64,000 nucleotides of DNA. Source: Ranitomeya imitator (taxonomy: Eukaryota). The notes beneath the pieces were generated by a model. That model saw only the letters and a program-made list of their open reading frames with translations, did not search any database and was not told where the DNA came from. Position 1 is the first letter of the stretch. Every line of letters begins with the position of its first letter. The position numbers and the translations under genes were made by a program. Location: assembly GCF_032444005.1 (NCBI RefSeq), contig NC_091282.1, forward strand, positions 659,680,001-659,744,000, in the 5' to 3' direction. Positions 21,242-33,928 of this stretch are shown one piece after another.

Positions 21242-22303
21242 TCATTCGTAGATGGTCTGCGGGGAGTATTCGCTCGTCCTGCTGCTGAGGCTGGACTGCC
21301 TGTACCTGGTCCCACACATAACCCACCTACCCATCATCTGGGACAGGTGTTTACGGAACTTGGTTCCCACAAACGTGTAGAAGAAAGGGTTAATGCAGCA
21401 ATGGAAGTAGGCGATGTTACGGCAAATGAAAAAGGCATAGTCTATGGTTTCACTGCAGTTGTCTTCCCAGAGATCCGTGGAGATCTGCCTCGCCCTGATG
21501 AAAATGATGATGTTATAGGGGGTCCAGCAGACGAAGAAGGCCAGAAGAATGAGGAAGATCAGCTTAATGGCCCTGTCCTTGTTGTGCATCTTTGTAGAGT
21601 TCAGCTTGACGACGATCAGTGTGTAACAGTACAAGATGATGAAAAGCGGCACCAAGAAGAACATGACCACCTGCTGATAGAATCCCACCAGCTTCCAGTT
21701 ATTTATCTTATCTATGATGAAGCCTGTCTCCTCACACAATATCCCGTAAAATACGTTTTCTCTGGTCCCATACAGAATGAACTTGGGGATGGCCGAGAAA
21801 AAGCTGATGACCCAAACCAAGCCGGTGACAATGTAGACATATAGCATCTTCCTGGTCCTGGTGGCATAGATGGCATGAACAACCGCCATGTATCGATCCA
21901 CTGTCATTACAGTCAAAAACAAGATGGAGCTGTAAAACCCAATGTAGAACATGGAGGCCAACATCTTGCAAGACGTCTTCCCAAATATCCACTGGTCGTG
22001 GTGGTAGTAACCCCAGAAGGGGAGTGGGAGGGTGAACAACAAGTCGGAGAACACCAGGTTGAGGATGAAGAAGTTTGTCACCGTCTTAATGTTCTCAAAC
22101 TTCAGTAGAAGAAATAAGATGAGGCCGTTGCCTACAAGACTGACAATGAAGACCACATAGAAGAAGGCAGGCACCACCAAAGCCCCAAAATTGTGGCTGT
22201 TCTCCTTTGGGCACAAGGTCACGAGTTCGTCATCATAGTTGATGGTCGTGTAAGTGGTGGTCACCAGAGGATTGTCCATCTGTGCCTCGTCCCCGAGTGA
22301 CAT
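21242..22303 (-). CDS. xcr1: XCR1-like chemokine receptor (class A GPCR), 353 aa, single coding exon
   Basis: Seven hydrophobic segments, GN in TM1, NLVFSDLLF, TVDRY, CWTPYN, ICRNIAYFHCCINPFFYTFVGTKFRKHL closely resembling recalled XCR1 TM7. First ATG is 22303 (track start 22321 is TTG); 22279 is an alternative. Orthology versus paralogy unresolved. Confidence 0.8.
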   Translation of the reverse strand: MSLGDEAQMDNPLVTTTYTTINYDDELVTLCPKENSHNFGALVVPAFFYVVFIVSLVGNGLILFLLLKFENIKTVTNFFILNLVFSDLLFTLPLPFWGYYHHDQWIFGKTSCKMLASMFYIGFYSSILFLTVMTVDRYMAVVHAIYATRTRKMLYVYIVTGLVWVISFFSAIPKFILYGTRENVFYGILCEETGFIIDKINNWKLVGFYQQVVMFFLVPLFIILYCYTLIVVKLNSTKMHNKDRAIKLIFLILLAFFVCWTPYNIIIFIRARQISTDLWEDNCSETIDYAFFICRNIAYFHCCINPFFYTFVGTKFRKHLSQMMGRWVMCGTRYRQSSLSSRTSEYSPQTIYE

Positions 22304-23379
22304 TGTAGCTGAGCTCAACAAGACTCTTGGAGAAGCAGAGTGTGTTTTCTGCTTCTACTCAGTCCAAGAAATAAAATCAACCAGTCCACGTTGATGGGTG
22401 ATGATGAGCAATGTAAATTTCGCAATGTACACTGTAAGGTGTAGATCGCTGATTTATCTGGAACTGCAGGAAACACATTGCAAAGCGCCCACAGTTTGTG
22501 CAACGTCCAACCTCTTCTTCCCCCAAAGAAAAAATCACAAAAATAGCTCCAGATAAACAAAGATTTTGCAATCTTGACAGCCTTGGCCGCAGATGGAGCA
22601 GACAAGAACTAAGTAGAGCAAGGGAGACGGAAAGATGAATCTGCGCAAAGACTGAGTATACAGGGGCATAACCCCTAGCCATATAAATTTGCAAGGTACG
22701 TGGACTTTTAGGATCGTCCTACGGCAATACTCAAAATTGACCATTTAGTATCAAAATTAAGATATAGGATGATGATCAATAACCAGTCTTCTATAAAAGG
22801 ATGATTGGTGGTATACTGGGGGTTGGGCGTTTGTTTTTTCCTACTTGCATATCTTACGATGGCACACAGCCTCAGCCAGCCATTTAATAGAGATTGTAAG
22901 TCAGGAATGTGCACCAAAAAAGGCCACTCCTAAGGTTAGTGTTACTTGCGCATTCTCTCACACTTTGCAAAAGTGGATTTTTTATGTTATTATTTCTTGG
23001 CTTCTGTCTTCATTAAGCATGTATAGGATCAGCAGATTTCCCAAGATCTGAATTATTGGAAATTCAGCAGCTGGACACTTTTGCACCTCAAACAAAGCAT
23101 AATGTTGGTAAAAATTGGCAACAGCCACAGCCAAAGGAGTAGGAATTTAATCAAAGCTCTTCATAACAATTCTGGTTTAAGGAACAAAGAGATGAGATCC
23201 TCCTATAAGCCGTTTCTTTCGTAAGGGAAGTAAGAAAATGTCCTCTCCCCAGTCATCAATCGTCTTCTTTTTCAAACTTAAAAACAAATTATTGTTTTAA
23301 CCGACCGACCACAGCCAGATATCATCTGTGGAAGAACCTTTGTTGAAAGAATTTTCTTGGAAAGGTCGTTTGGTCATCT

Positions 23380-24900
23380 CGTAATCAATTGACATATACG
23401 GTCAAGGACAAAATGGAGCTGTAGAACCTGGAGGCCAAATCTAGCTAAATGTCCTTCTAAATATTCACTGATCATAGTGGTTGTGAGTTACTCCAGAAGG
23501 GCGATGGGACGTTGGAAAGCAACAGGTTGACGATGAAGAAGTTGGTTACCATCTTTATAATCTCAAACTTTAGGATAAGGAATGCAGTGTGGCCATTGGT
23601 ACGAAAATTAACCACAAAGCCAGAATAGAAGATGGGCACCACCTCAGAAATATTATTCGACACCTGGTATCAATGGACATGAACAGTCATGAACAAAATG
23701 GAGCTTTAGAAACCAATGTAGAAGCTGAAGGCCAAATGTCCTTTGGAATATCCACTGATCATGGTCGTTGTAACTTCAGAAGGGCAGTGGGAAGCTGAAT
23801 AACAAGTTGGAGAACGTCAGGTTGAAAATGAAGAAGTTGGTCACCATCCTTAAGAATCTCAAATTTTAGGATAATGAATACAATATAGATATTGGTCCAA
23901 AAATTAACAATGAAAATGGAATAGAAGCTGGGCACCACCTCATAAATATCACTTGTCACTTGGTATCAATAGGAATGAATGGTTAAGAGAAACATGAAGA
24001 CCAACATTTTACAAAATGTCCTTTCGAATATTCACCGATTTTGGTGGTTGTAGCTCCAGAAGGGAGATGGGAGAGTGAATAACAAGTTGGAGAGCAACAG
24101 GTTGAGGTAGAAGATGTTGTTCTCCATTTTAAAAATCTTGAACTTTAGGAGAAGGAATACAATGTGTATATTGGTAAAAAAAATTGAATAGAGAATAGAT
24201 GGTGGGCACCACCTCGAAAATATAATTCATCACCTTGTATCAATGGATATGTGCGGTCAAGAACAACATGAAGCTGTAGAACCTTGAGCTCACAAATATG
24301 CACTGGTCATGGTGGGTGTAACCCCAGAAAGGCAGTGTGATGGTGAATAACAAGTTGGAGAGCACTAGGTTGAGGATGAAGAAGTTGATCACTATATTAT
24401 TGATCTCGAACTTCAAAAGCAGAAATATAATGTGGGTCAGAAACCTAACCATGAAGATGAGATTGAAGAAAGTGGGCACTACTTCAGACAGATTGTTGGG
24501 TCGTCTGGTATTATTGAACAGGTACAGTCAAAAACAAGATGGAGAACCTGGAGGATGACATTTTGGATGTTGTCCTTCTATATATGCACTGGTCATGGTG
24601 GTTGTAACCCCAGAATGGCAGTGGGAGAGTGAATAACAAGTTGGAGAGCAGCAAGTTGAGGATGAAAAAATTGATCACCATCTTAATGATCTCGAACTTC
24701 AGGAGCAAGAATATGATTTGACCATTGGTCAGTGACAATAAAGATGGACCATAAGAAGGTGGGCACCACCTTAGACATGTGCGCTTGCCACCCGGTATCG
24801 CATAGCATACACGGCCAGGGTGGGCGTCTTCTTTGGTCTGGATGGTCTATGGTTGTGTCATGTAATGATGGTTCACCACTCCCTCAATGGTTCTTCACCC
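23380..24900 (-). pseudogene. Five tandem degenerate copies (270-296 bp period) of the TM1-TM3/DRY coding segment of the adjacent receptor
   Basis: Recurring GGCACCACC (TM1 VVP) at about 23631, 23927, 24201, 24471, 24759 and NFFI/LNL-type anchors; short ORFs such as IINFFILNLLLSNLLFTLPLPFWGYNHHDQ; frameshifts and stops. Confidence 0.85.
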
Positions 24901-25374
24901 TTCTATGCCATGGTCATGGCCGCCTTCTTCTTCAGTGGATTGTGATGGCTGCTTGTTTACACCAGATATTGAATTTGTCCCTTGTTACCCCTGCGGACCC
25001 CCTGGGACGGCTCATCTGCTTCAGAACAAAAGGGTGAAGTGAGTAAATACAACCAGCTCAGTCCTTATCCCCCGACCTCAGGGGAGCATTGGGGGCCTTG
25101 TGCAGATTAGATATTCACTGCTCAGCCCTGGTCTGTGGGTTTGGCTGACTTTTATCTAATTCCTATGGCAGACTGAGGAGCACTGTGGAAACTGATAAGG
25201 ACAGCTGATCGAGGACAAAAGCTCTGTGCCAATATTTACTGATAAGTATGCGAACCCTCAAATTCTGAATTTTAGGGAACTTATTATTCCACCTTCTCAC
25301 CCACCATCCCTATAGTGAAAATTTTAGACCTAGAAAGAGCAAATCCAGGCACATTAATGAAACTCAGCTTCTCA

Positions 25375-25460
25375 TAGATAGCAACCAATCACAGAGCAGC
25401 TTTCATTATTTAAGAGCTGGATTTGAAATGAAAGCTGCATAGTGATTTGCTGCTATGGGT
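25375..25460. repeat. Short MITE-like inverted repeat
   Basis: AGCAACCAATCACAGAGCAGCTTTCATT versus AATGAAAGCTGCATAGTGATTTGCTGCT, imperfect reverse complements. Confidence 0.5.
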
Positions 25461-25519
25461 AACGATGACAGTCACGCCTACCAATCGCTTAAGCACCAAA
25501 CTATCATCATCCACGCTGT

Positions 25520-25720
25520 GTGAAGATCACGTGATATGTGCTCTCCTATCAGATCATCCCAAATACTTCCTGCTTACTGAAGTCACTCACTCCAAGCTAA
25601 ACGTGTGATAGGCTGACATATGACAATCCCGCCCACTGTGGCTCCGTCTCCTGAGCATGTGGTGGGAGGAGCTTCTGAATGTCACTCACTGAGTAGCCGC
25701 AACACAAACGGACGGTGAGT
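25520..25720 (+). promoter_or_regulatory. Putative ppox promoter and non-coding exon 1 ending at 25714
   Basis: TCACGTGA E-box (25527-34), CCCGCCC GC box near 25628, strong donor ACG/GTGAGT at 25715; first coding exon has an acceptor upstream of its ATG; human PPOX has a non-coding exon 1. Confidence 0.55.
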
Positions 25721-28547
25721 CTCCCCCAATATTTCCGAGTGACCCCGAATCTCCCCGAACCCTCAACCCACTGCCTGTGTGCTCTATATTATTACACCCC
25801 CTGTATACTACAGTGTGATGTATATTATTACCCCCTGTGTACCACTGTGTGCTGTACATTATTACCCCCTCCTGTATACCAGTGTGTGCGGTATATTATT
25901 ACCCCCTCATGTATACCACTGTCCTGTACATTATTACACCTCCCCTGTATACCACCGTGTGCTGTATATTATTACCACACGTGTATACCTCTGTATCCTG
26001 TACATTACCCCCTCCTGTATACCTCTGTGTGCTGTACGTTATTACACCCCTGCTGTATACCACTGTGTGCTGTATATTATTACACCCCTTCTGTATACCA
26101 CTGTATCCTGTACATTATTACATCCTCTATCTATCTCTGTGTGCTGTACATTTACACACCCCTGTATATCACTGTGTGCTGTACATTACCCCCTCCTGTA
26201 TACCTCTGTGTGCTGTACGTTATTACACCACTCCTGTATACCTGTGTGCTGTATGTTATTACACCACTCCTGTATACCACTGTGTGCTGTACATTTAGAC
26301 CTCTCTTGTAAACCACTGTGTGCTGTATATTATTACCCCCTCCTGTATATCACTGTATCCTGTACATTACACCCCTCCTGTATACCTCTGTGTGCTGTAC
26401 ATTATTACACTCATCCTGTATGCCTGTGTCCTGTACATTACCCCCTCCTGTGTACCTCTGTGCCCTGTACTTTATTACACCACCCCTGTATACCTCTGTG
26501 TCCTGTACATTATTACACCCCTCCTGGATACCTGTGTGTGCTGTACATTATTACACCCCTTCTGTATACCACTGTATCCTGTACATTATTACACCCTCTA
26601 TCTATCTCTGTGTGCTATACATTTACACACCCCTGTATATCACTGTGTGCTGTACATTACCCCCTCCTGTATACCTCTGTGTGCTGTACGTTATTACACC
26701 ACTCCTGTATACCTGTGTGCTGTACGTTATTACACCACTCCTGTATACCTGTGTGCTGTACGTTATTACACCACTCCTGTATACCTGTGTGCTGTATGTT
26801 ATTACACCACTCTTGTATACCTGTGTGCTGTACGTTATTACACCACTCCTGTATACCACTGTGTGCTGTACATTATTAGACCCACCTGTATACCACTGTG
26901 TGCTGTACATTTAGACCTCTCTTGTATACCACTGTGTGCTGTATATTATTACCCCCTCCTGTATACCACTGTGTCCTGTACATTACACCCCTCCTGCATA
27001 CCTCTGTGTGCTGTACATTATTACACTCATCCTGTATGCCTGTGTCCTGTACATTACTCCCTCCTGTGTACCTCTGTGCCCTGTACTTTATTACACCACC
27101 CCTGTATACATCTGTGTCCTGTACATTATTACATCCCTCCTGGATACCTGTGTGTGCTGTACATTATTACACCCCTGCTGTATACCACTGTATCCTGTAC
27201 ATTATTACACCCTCTATCTATCTCTGTGTGCTGTACATTTACACACCCCTGTATATCACTGTGGTGTACATTACCCCCTCCTGTATACCTCTGTGTGCTG
27301 CACGTTATTACACCCCTCCTGTATACCTCTGTGTGCTGCACGTTATTACACCACTCCTGTATACCTGTGTGCTGTACGTTATTACACCACTCCTGTATAC
27401 CTGTGTGCTGTACATTATTACACCACTCCTGTATACCACTGTGTGCTGTACATTATTAGACCCTCCTGTATACCACTGTGTGCTGTACATTTAGACCTCC
27501 TGTATACCACTGTGTGCTGTATATTATTACCCCCTCCTGTATACCACTGTGTCCTGTACATTACACCCCTCCTGTATACCTCTGTGTGCTGTACATTATT
27601 ACACTCTTCCTGTATGCCTGTGTCCTGTACATTACTCCCTCCTGTGTACCTCTGTGCCCTGTACTTTATTACACCACCCCTTTATACCACTGTGTCCTGT
27701 ACATTATTACACCCCTCCTGGATACCTCTGTGCCCTGTACATTATTACACCCCCCGTATACCACTGTGTGCTGTACATTATTACACCCCTATATACTTCT
27801 GTGTTCTGTACATTATTACACCCCCTGTATACCTCTGTGTTCTGTACATTATTACACCCCTCCTGTATACCTGTGTGCTGTACATTAAACCCCACTCTAT
27901 GCTTCTGTGTGCTGTACATTATTACACTCTTCCTGTATGCCTGTGTCCTGTACATTATTACCCCCTCCTGTGTTCCTCTGTGCCCTGTACATTATTACAC
28001 CAACCCTGTATACCTCTGTGTCCTGTACATTATTACACCCCTCCTGGATACCTGTGTGTGCTGTACATTATTACACCCCTCCTGTATACCACTGTGTCCT
28101 TTACATTATTACACCCCCTATCTACCTTTGTGTGCTGTACATTATTACACCCCCTGTATACCTCTGTGTGCCGTACATTATTACACCCACCTGTATACCA
28201 CTGTGTGCTGTACATTATTACACCCCCTGTATACCACTGTGTCCTGTGCATTATTACGCCCCCCTTGTATACCTGTGTGCCCTGTACATTATTACACCTC
28301 CCCTGTATACCACTGTGAGCTGTATATTATTACACCCTCCTGTATACCTCTGTGTCCTGTACATTATTACACTCCTCCTGTATACTATTGTGAGCTGTAT
28401 ATTATTACACCCTCCTGTATACCTCTGTGTCCTGTACATTATTACACCTCTCCTGTATACCACTGTGTGCTGTATATTATTACTCCTCCTGTATACCACT
28501 ATGTCCTGTACAGTACCCCTCCTGTATACCTCTGTGTCCTGTACATT

Positions 28548-28903
28548 GAAAAAGGAGGAAAGGTATGCAAAAAAATGGGATCACCTGAGTAGAGGTGGCG
28601 GGTCCACAAAACAACTTTATACAAACACTATATTGCACAAAAATATTTTTGTGCAATATAGTGTTTGTATAAAGTTGTATTGTGGACCCGCCACCTCTAC
28701 TCATGTGGTGGAGGCCTTTTAAGTGTTTTTAAATGTGCTTTGTGTGCTGTTCTTAATAAATTGAATATTTTGTATATCATTATTGTACTGGTGATCCCAT
28801 TTTTTTTTGCATACCTTTCCTCTTTTTTCTGTGTTCTACGTGAGTATGCAACAGGTGATCCCATAACTTAATATTGGATGGTGCCCACTCTAACATATAA
28901 TTG
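28548..28903. repeat. Foldback insertion with nested inverted repeats, copy 1
   Basis: 118-bp near-perfect hairpin 28586-28703 inside an outer IR 28548-28585 / 28790-28829. Confidence 0.85.
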
Positions 28904-31900
28904 TCTGTGTCCTGTACATTATTACACCTCTCCTGTATACAACTGTGAGCTGTACATTATTACACTCTCCTGTATACTACTGCGTCCTGTACATTATTAC
29001 CCACTCCTGGATACCTCTGTGTCCTGTACATTATTACCCCTTCCTGTACATCTGTGTCTTATACATTATTACACCCCCTCCTGTATACCTCTGAGTGCTG
29101 TACATTATTAAACCCCTCTTTATACATCTGTGTCCTTTTATGTTATTACCCCCCTCCTGTGTACCTCTGTGTCTTGTGCATTACACCCTTCTTGTATGCC
29201 TGTTACCTGCACATTATTACCCCTTCCTGTGTACCTCTGTGCCCTGTACATTACACCCCCTGTATACCTCTGTGTGATGTACATTATTACACCCCTCCTG
29301 TATACAACTGTGTGCTGTACGTTATTACACCCCCTGTATACCTCTGTGTGCTGTCCATTATTACACCCCCTGTATCTCTGTGTGCTGCACATTACACCCC
29401 CCTCTATACCTCTGTGTGCTGTACATTATTACACCCTTCCTGTATGCCTGTTTCCTGTACATTATTACCCCTTCCTGTGTATCTGTGCCCTGTACATTAT
29501 TACACCCCTCCTGGATACCTGTGTGTGCTGTACATTATTACACCCCTCCTGTATACCACTGTGACCTGTACATTATTACACCCCCCTGTATATCACTGTG
29601 TGCTGTACATTAATACACCCTCTGTATACCTCTGTGTCCTGTACATTATTACACCCCTCCTGTATACCTCTGTGTGCTGTTCATTATTACCTCCTCTTGT
29701 ATTCCTCTGTGTGCTGTACATTATTACACCACTCCTGTATACCACTGTGTGCTGTACATTATTACCCCCTCCTGTATACCACTGTGTGCGGTAAATTATT
29801 AAACCTCTCCTGTATACCACTGTGTGCTGTATATTATTAGCCCCTGCTGTATACCACTGTGTCCTGTACATTACCCCCTCCCGTATACCTCTGTGTCCTG
29901 TACATTATTACACCCCTCCTGTATACCTCTGTGTCCTGTACATTATTACACCTTGTCATGATTCACACCTCTGTGTCCTGTACATTATTACACCCCTCAT
30001 GTATACCACTGTCCTGTACATTATTACACCTCCCCTGTATACCACCGTGTGCTGTATATTATTACCACACGTGTATACCTCTGTATCCTGTACATTACCC
30101 CCTCCTGTATACCTCTGTGTGCTGTACGTTATTACACCCCTGCTGTATACCACTGTGTGCTGTATATTATTACACCCCTTCTGTATACCACTGTATCCTG
30201 TACATTATTACATCCTCTATCTATCTCTGTGTGCTGTACATTTACACACCCCTGTATATCACTGTGTGCTGTACATTACCCCCTCCTGTATACCTCTGTG
30301 TGCTGTACGTTATTACACCACTCCTGTATACCTGTGTGCTGTATGTTATTACACCACTCCTGTATACCACTGTGTGCTGTACATTTAGACCTCTCTTGTA
30401 AACCACTGTGTGCTGTATATTATTACCCCCTCCTGTATATCACTGTATCCTGTACATTACACCCCTCCTGTATACCTCTGTGTGCTGTACATGATTACAC
30501 TCTTCCTGTATGCCTGTGTCCTGTACATTACCCCCTCCTGTGTACCTCTGTGCCCTGTACTTTATTACACCACCCCTGTATACCTCTGTGTCCTGTACAT
30601 TATTACACCCCTCCTGGATACCTGTGTGTGCTGTACATTATTACACCCCTTCTGTATACCACTGTATCCTGTACATTATTACACCCTCTATCTATCTCTG
30701 TGTGCTATACATTTACACACCCCTGTATATCACTGTGTGCTGTACATTACCCCCTCCTGTATACCTCTGTGTGCTGTACGTTATTACACCACTCCTGTAT
30801 ACCTGTGTGCTGTACGTTATTACACCACTCCTGTATACCTGTGTGCTGTACGTTATTACACCACTCCTGTATACCTGTGTGCTGTATGTTATTACACCAC
30901 TCCTGTATACCTGTGTGCTGTACGTTATTACACCACTCCTGTATACCACTGTGTGCTGTACATTATTAGACCCACCTGTATACCACTGTGTGCTGTACAT
31001 TTAGACCTCTCTTGTATACCACTGTGTGCTGTATATTATTACCCCCTCCTGTATACCACTGTGTCCTGTACATTACACCCCTCCTGCATACCTCTGTGTG
31101 CTGTACATTATTACACTCATCCTGTATGCCTGTGTCCTGTACATTACTCCCTCCTGTGTACCTCTGTGCCCTGTACTTTATTACACCACCCCTGTATACA
31201 TCTGTGTCCTGTACATTATTACATCCCTCCTGGATACCTGTGTGTGCTGTACATTATTACACCCCTGCTGTATACCACTGTATCCTGTACATTATTACAC
31301 CCTCTATCTATCTCTGTGTGCTGTACATTTACACACCCCTGTATATCACTGTGGTGTACATTACCCCCTCCTGTATACCTCTGTGTGCTGCACGTTATTA
31401 CACCCCTCCTGTATACCTCTGTGTGCTGCACGTTATTACACCACTCCTGTATACCTGTGTGCTGTACGTTATTACACCACTCCTGTATACCTGTGTGCTG
31501 TACATTATTACACCACTCCTGTATACCACTGTGTGCTGTACATTATTAGACCCTCCTGTATACCACTGTGTGCTGTACATTTAGACCTCCTGTATACCAC
31601 TGTGTGCTGTATATTATTACCCCCTCCTGTATACCACTGTGTCCTGTACATTACACCCCTCCTGTATACCTCTGTGTGCTGTACATTATTACACTCTTCC
31701 TGTATGCCTGTGTCCTGTACATTACTCCCTCCTGTGTACCTCTGTGCCCTGTACTTTATTACACCACCCCTTTATACCACTGTGTCCTGTACATTATTAC
31801 ACCCCTCCTGGATACCTCTGTGCCCTGTACATTATTACACCCCCCGTATACCACTGTGTGCTGTACATTATTACACCCCTATATACTTCTGTGTTCTGTA

Positions 31901-32603
31901 CATTATTACACCCCCTGTATACCTCTGTGTTCTGTACATTATTACACCCCTCCTGTATACCTGTGTGCTGTACATTATTACACTCTTCCTGTATGCCTGT
32001 GTCCTGTACATTATTACCCCCTCCTGTGTTCCTCTGTGCCCTGTACATTATTACACCAACCCTGTATACCTCTGTGTCCTGTACATTATTACACCCCTCC
32101 TGGATACCTGTGTGTGCTGTACATTATTACACCCCTCCTGTATACCACTGTGTCCTTTACATTATTACACCCCCTATCTACCTTTGTGTGCTGTACATTA
32201 TTACACCCCCTGTATACCTCTGTGTGCCGTACATTATTACACCCACCTGTATATCACTGTGTGCTGTACATTATTACACCCCCTGTATACCACTGTGTCC
32301 TGTGCATTATTACGCCCCCCTTGTATACCTGTGTGCCCTGTACATTATTACACCTCCCCTGTATACCACTGTGAGCTGTATATTATTACACCCTCCTGTA
32401 TACCTCTGTGTCCTGTACATTATTACACTCCTCCTGTATACTATTGTGAGCTGTATATTATTACACCCTCCTGTATACCTCTGTGTCCTGTACATTATTA
32501 CACCTCTCCTGTATACCACTGTGTGCTGTATATTATTACCCCTCCTGTATACCACTATGTCCTGTACAGTACCCCTCCTGTATACCTCTGTGTCCTGTAC
32601 ATT

Positions 32604-32959
32604 GAAAAAGGAGGAAAGGTATGCAAAAAAATGGGATCACCTGAGTAGAGGTGGCGGGTCCACAAAACAACTTTATACAAACACTATATTGCACAAAAAT
32701 ATTTTTGTGCAATATAGTGTTTGTATAAAGTTGTATTGTGGACCCGCCACCTCTACTCATGTGGTGGAGGCCTTTTAAGTGTTTTTAAATGTGCTTTGTG
32801 TGCTGTTCTTAATAAATTGAATATTTTGTATATCATTATTGTACTGGTGATCCCATTTTTTTTTGCATACCTTTCCTCTTTTTTCTGTGTTCTACGTGAG
32901 TATGCAACAGGTGATCCCATAACTTAATATTGGATGGTGCCCACTCTAACATATAATTG
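32604..32959. repeat. Foldback insertion with nested inverted repeats, copy 2 (from segmental duplication)
   Basis: Same sequence as 28548-28903 at offset 4056. Confidence 0.85.
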
Positions 32960-33928
32960 TCTGTGTCCTGTACATTATTACACCTCTCCTGTATACAACT
33001 GTGAGCTGTACATTATTACACTCTCCTGTATACTACTGCGTCCTGTACATTATTACCCACTCCTGGATACCTCTGTGTCCTGTACATTATTACCCCTTCC
33101 TGTACATCTGTGTCTTATACATTATTACACCCCCTCCTGTATACCTCTGAGTGCTGTACATTATTAAACCCCTCTTTATACATCTGTGTCCTTTTATGTT
33201 ATTACCCCCCCCTGTGTACCTCTGTGTCTTGTGCATTACACCCTTCTTGTATGCCTGTTACCTGCACATTATTACCCCTTCCTGTGTACCTCTGTGCCCT
33301 GTACATTACACCCCCTGTATACCTCTGTGTGATGTACATTACACCCCTCCTGTATACAACTGTGTGCTGTACGTTATTACACCCCCTGTATCTCTGTGTG
33401 CTGCACATTACACCCCCCTCTATACCTCTGTGTGCTGTACATTATTACACCCTTCCTGTATGCCTGTTTCCTGTACATTACCCCTTCCTGTGTATCTGTG
33501 CCCTGTACATTATTACACCCCTCCTGGATACCTGTGTGTGCTGTACATTATTACACCCCTCCTGTATACCACTGTGACCTGTACATTATTACACCCCCCT
33601 GTATATCACTGTGTGCTGTACATTAATACACCCTCTGTATACCTCTGTGTCCTGTACATTATTACACCCCTCCTGTATACCTCTGTGTGCTGTTCATTAT
33701 TACCTCCTCTTGTATTCCTCTGTGTGCTGTACATTATTACACCACTCCTGTATACCACTGTGTGCTGTACATTATTACCCCCTCCTGTATACCACTGTGT
33801 GCTGTATATTATTAGCCCCTGCTGTATACCACTGTGTCCTGTACATTACCCCCTCCCGTATACCTCTGTGTCCTGTACATTATTACACCCCTCCTGTATA
33901 CCTCTGTGTCCTGTACATTATTACACCT

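Larger units (their letters stand above)
25770..33928. repeat. About 34-38-bp degenerate minisatellite (CTGTACATTATTACACCCCTCCTGTATACC(T/A)CTGTGTG) in ppox intron 1
   Basis: Continuous tandem variants; includes an about 4-kb tandem segmental duplication. Confidence 0.93.

Noticed and set aside
21347-21844. 165-aa ORF antisense to the receptor
   Set aside because: Starts at GTG and is a typical shadow frame of a hydrophobic coding strand.
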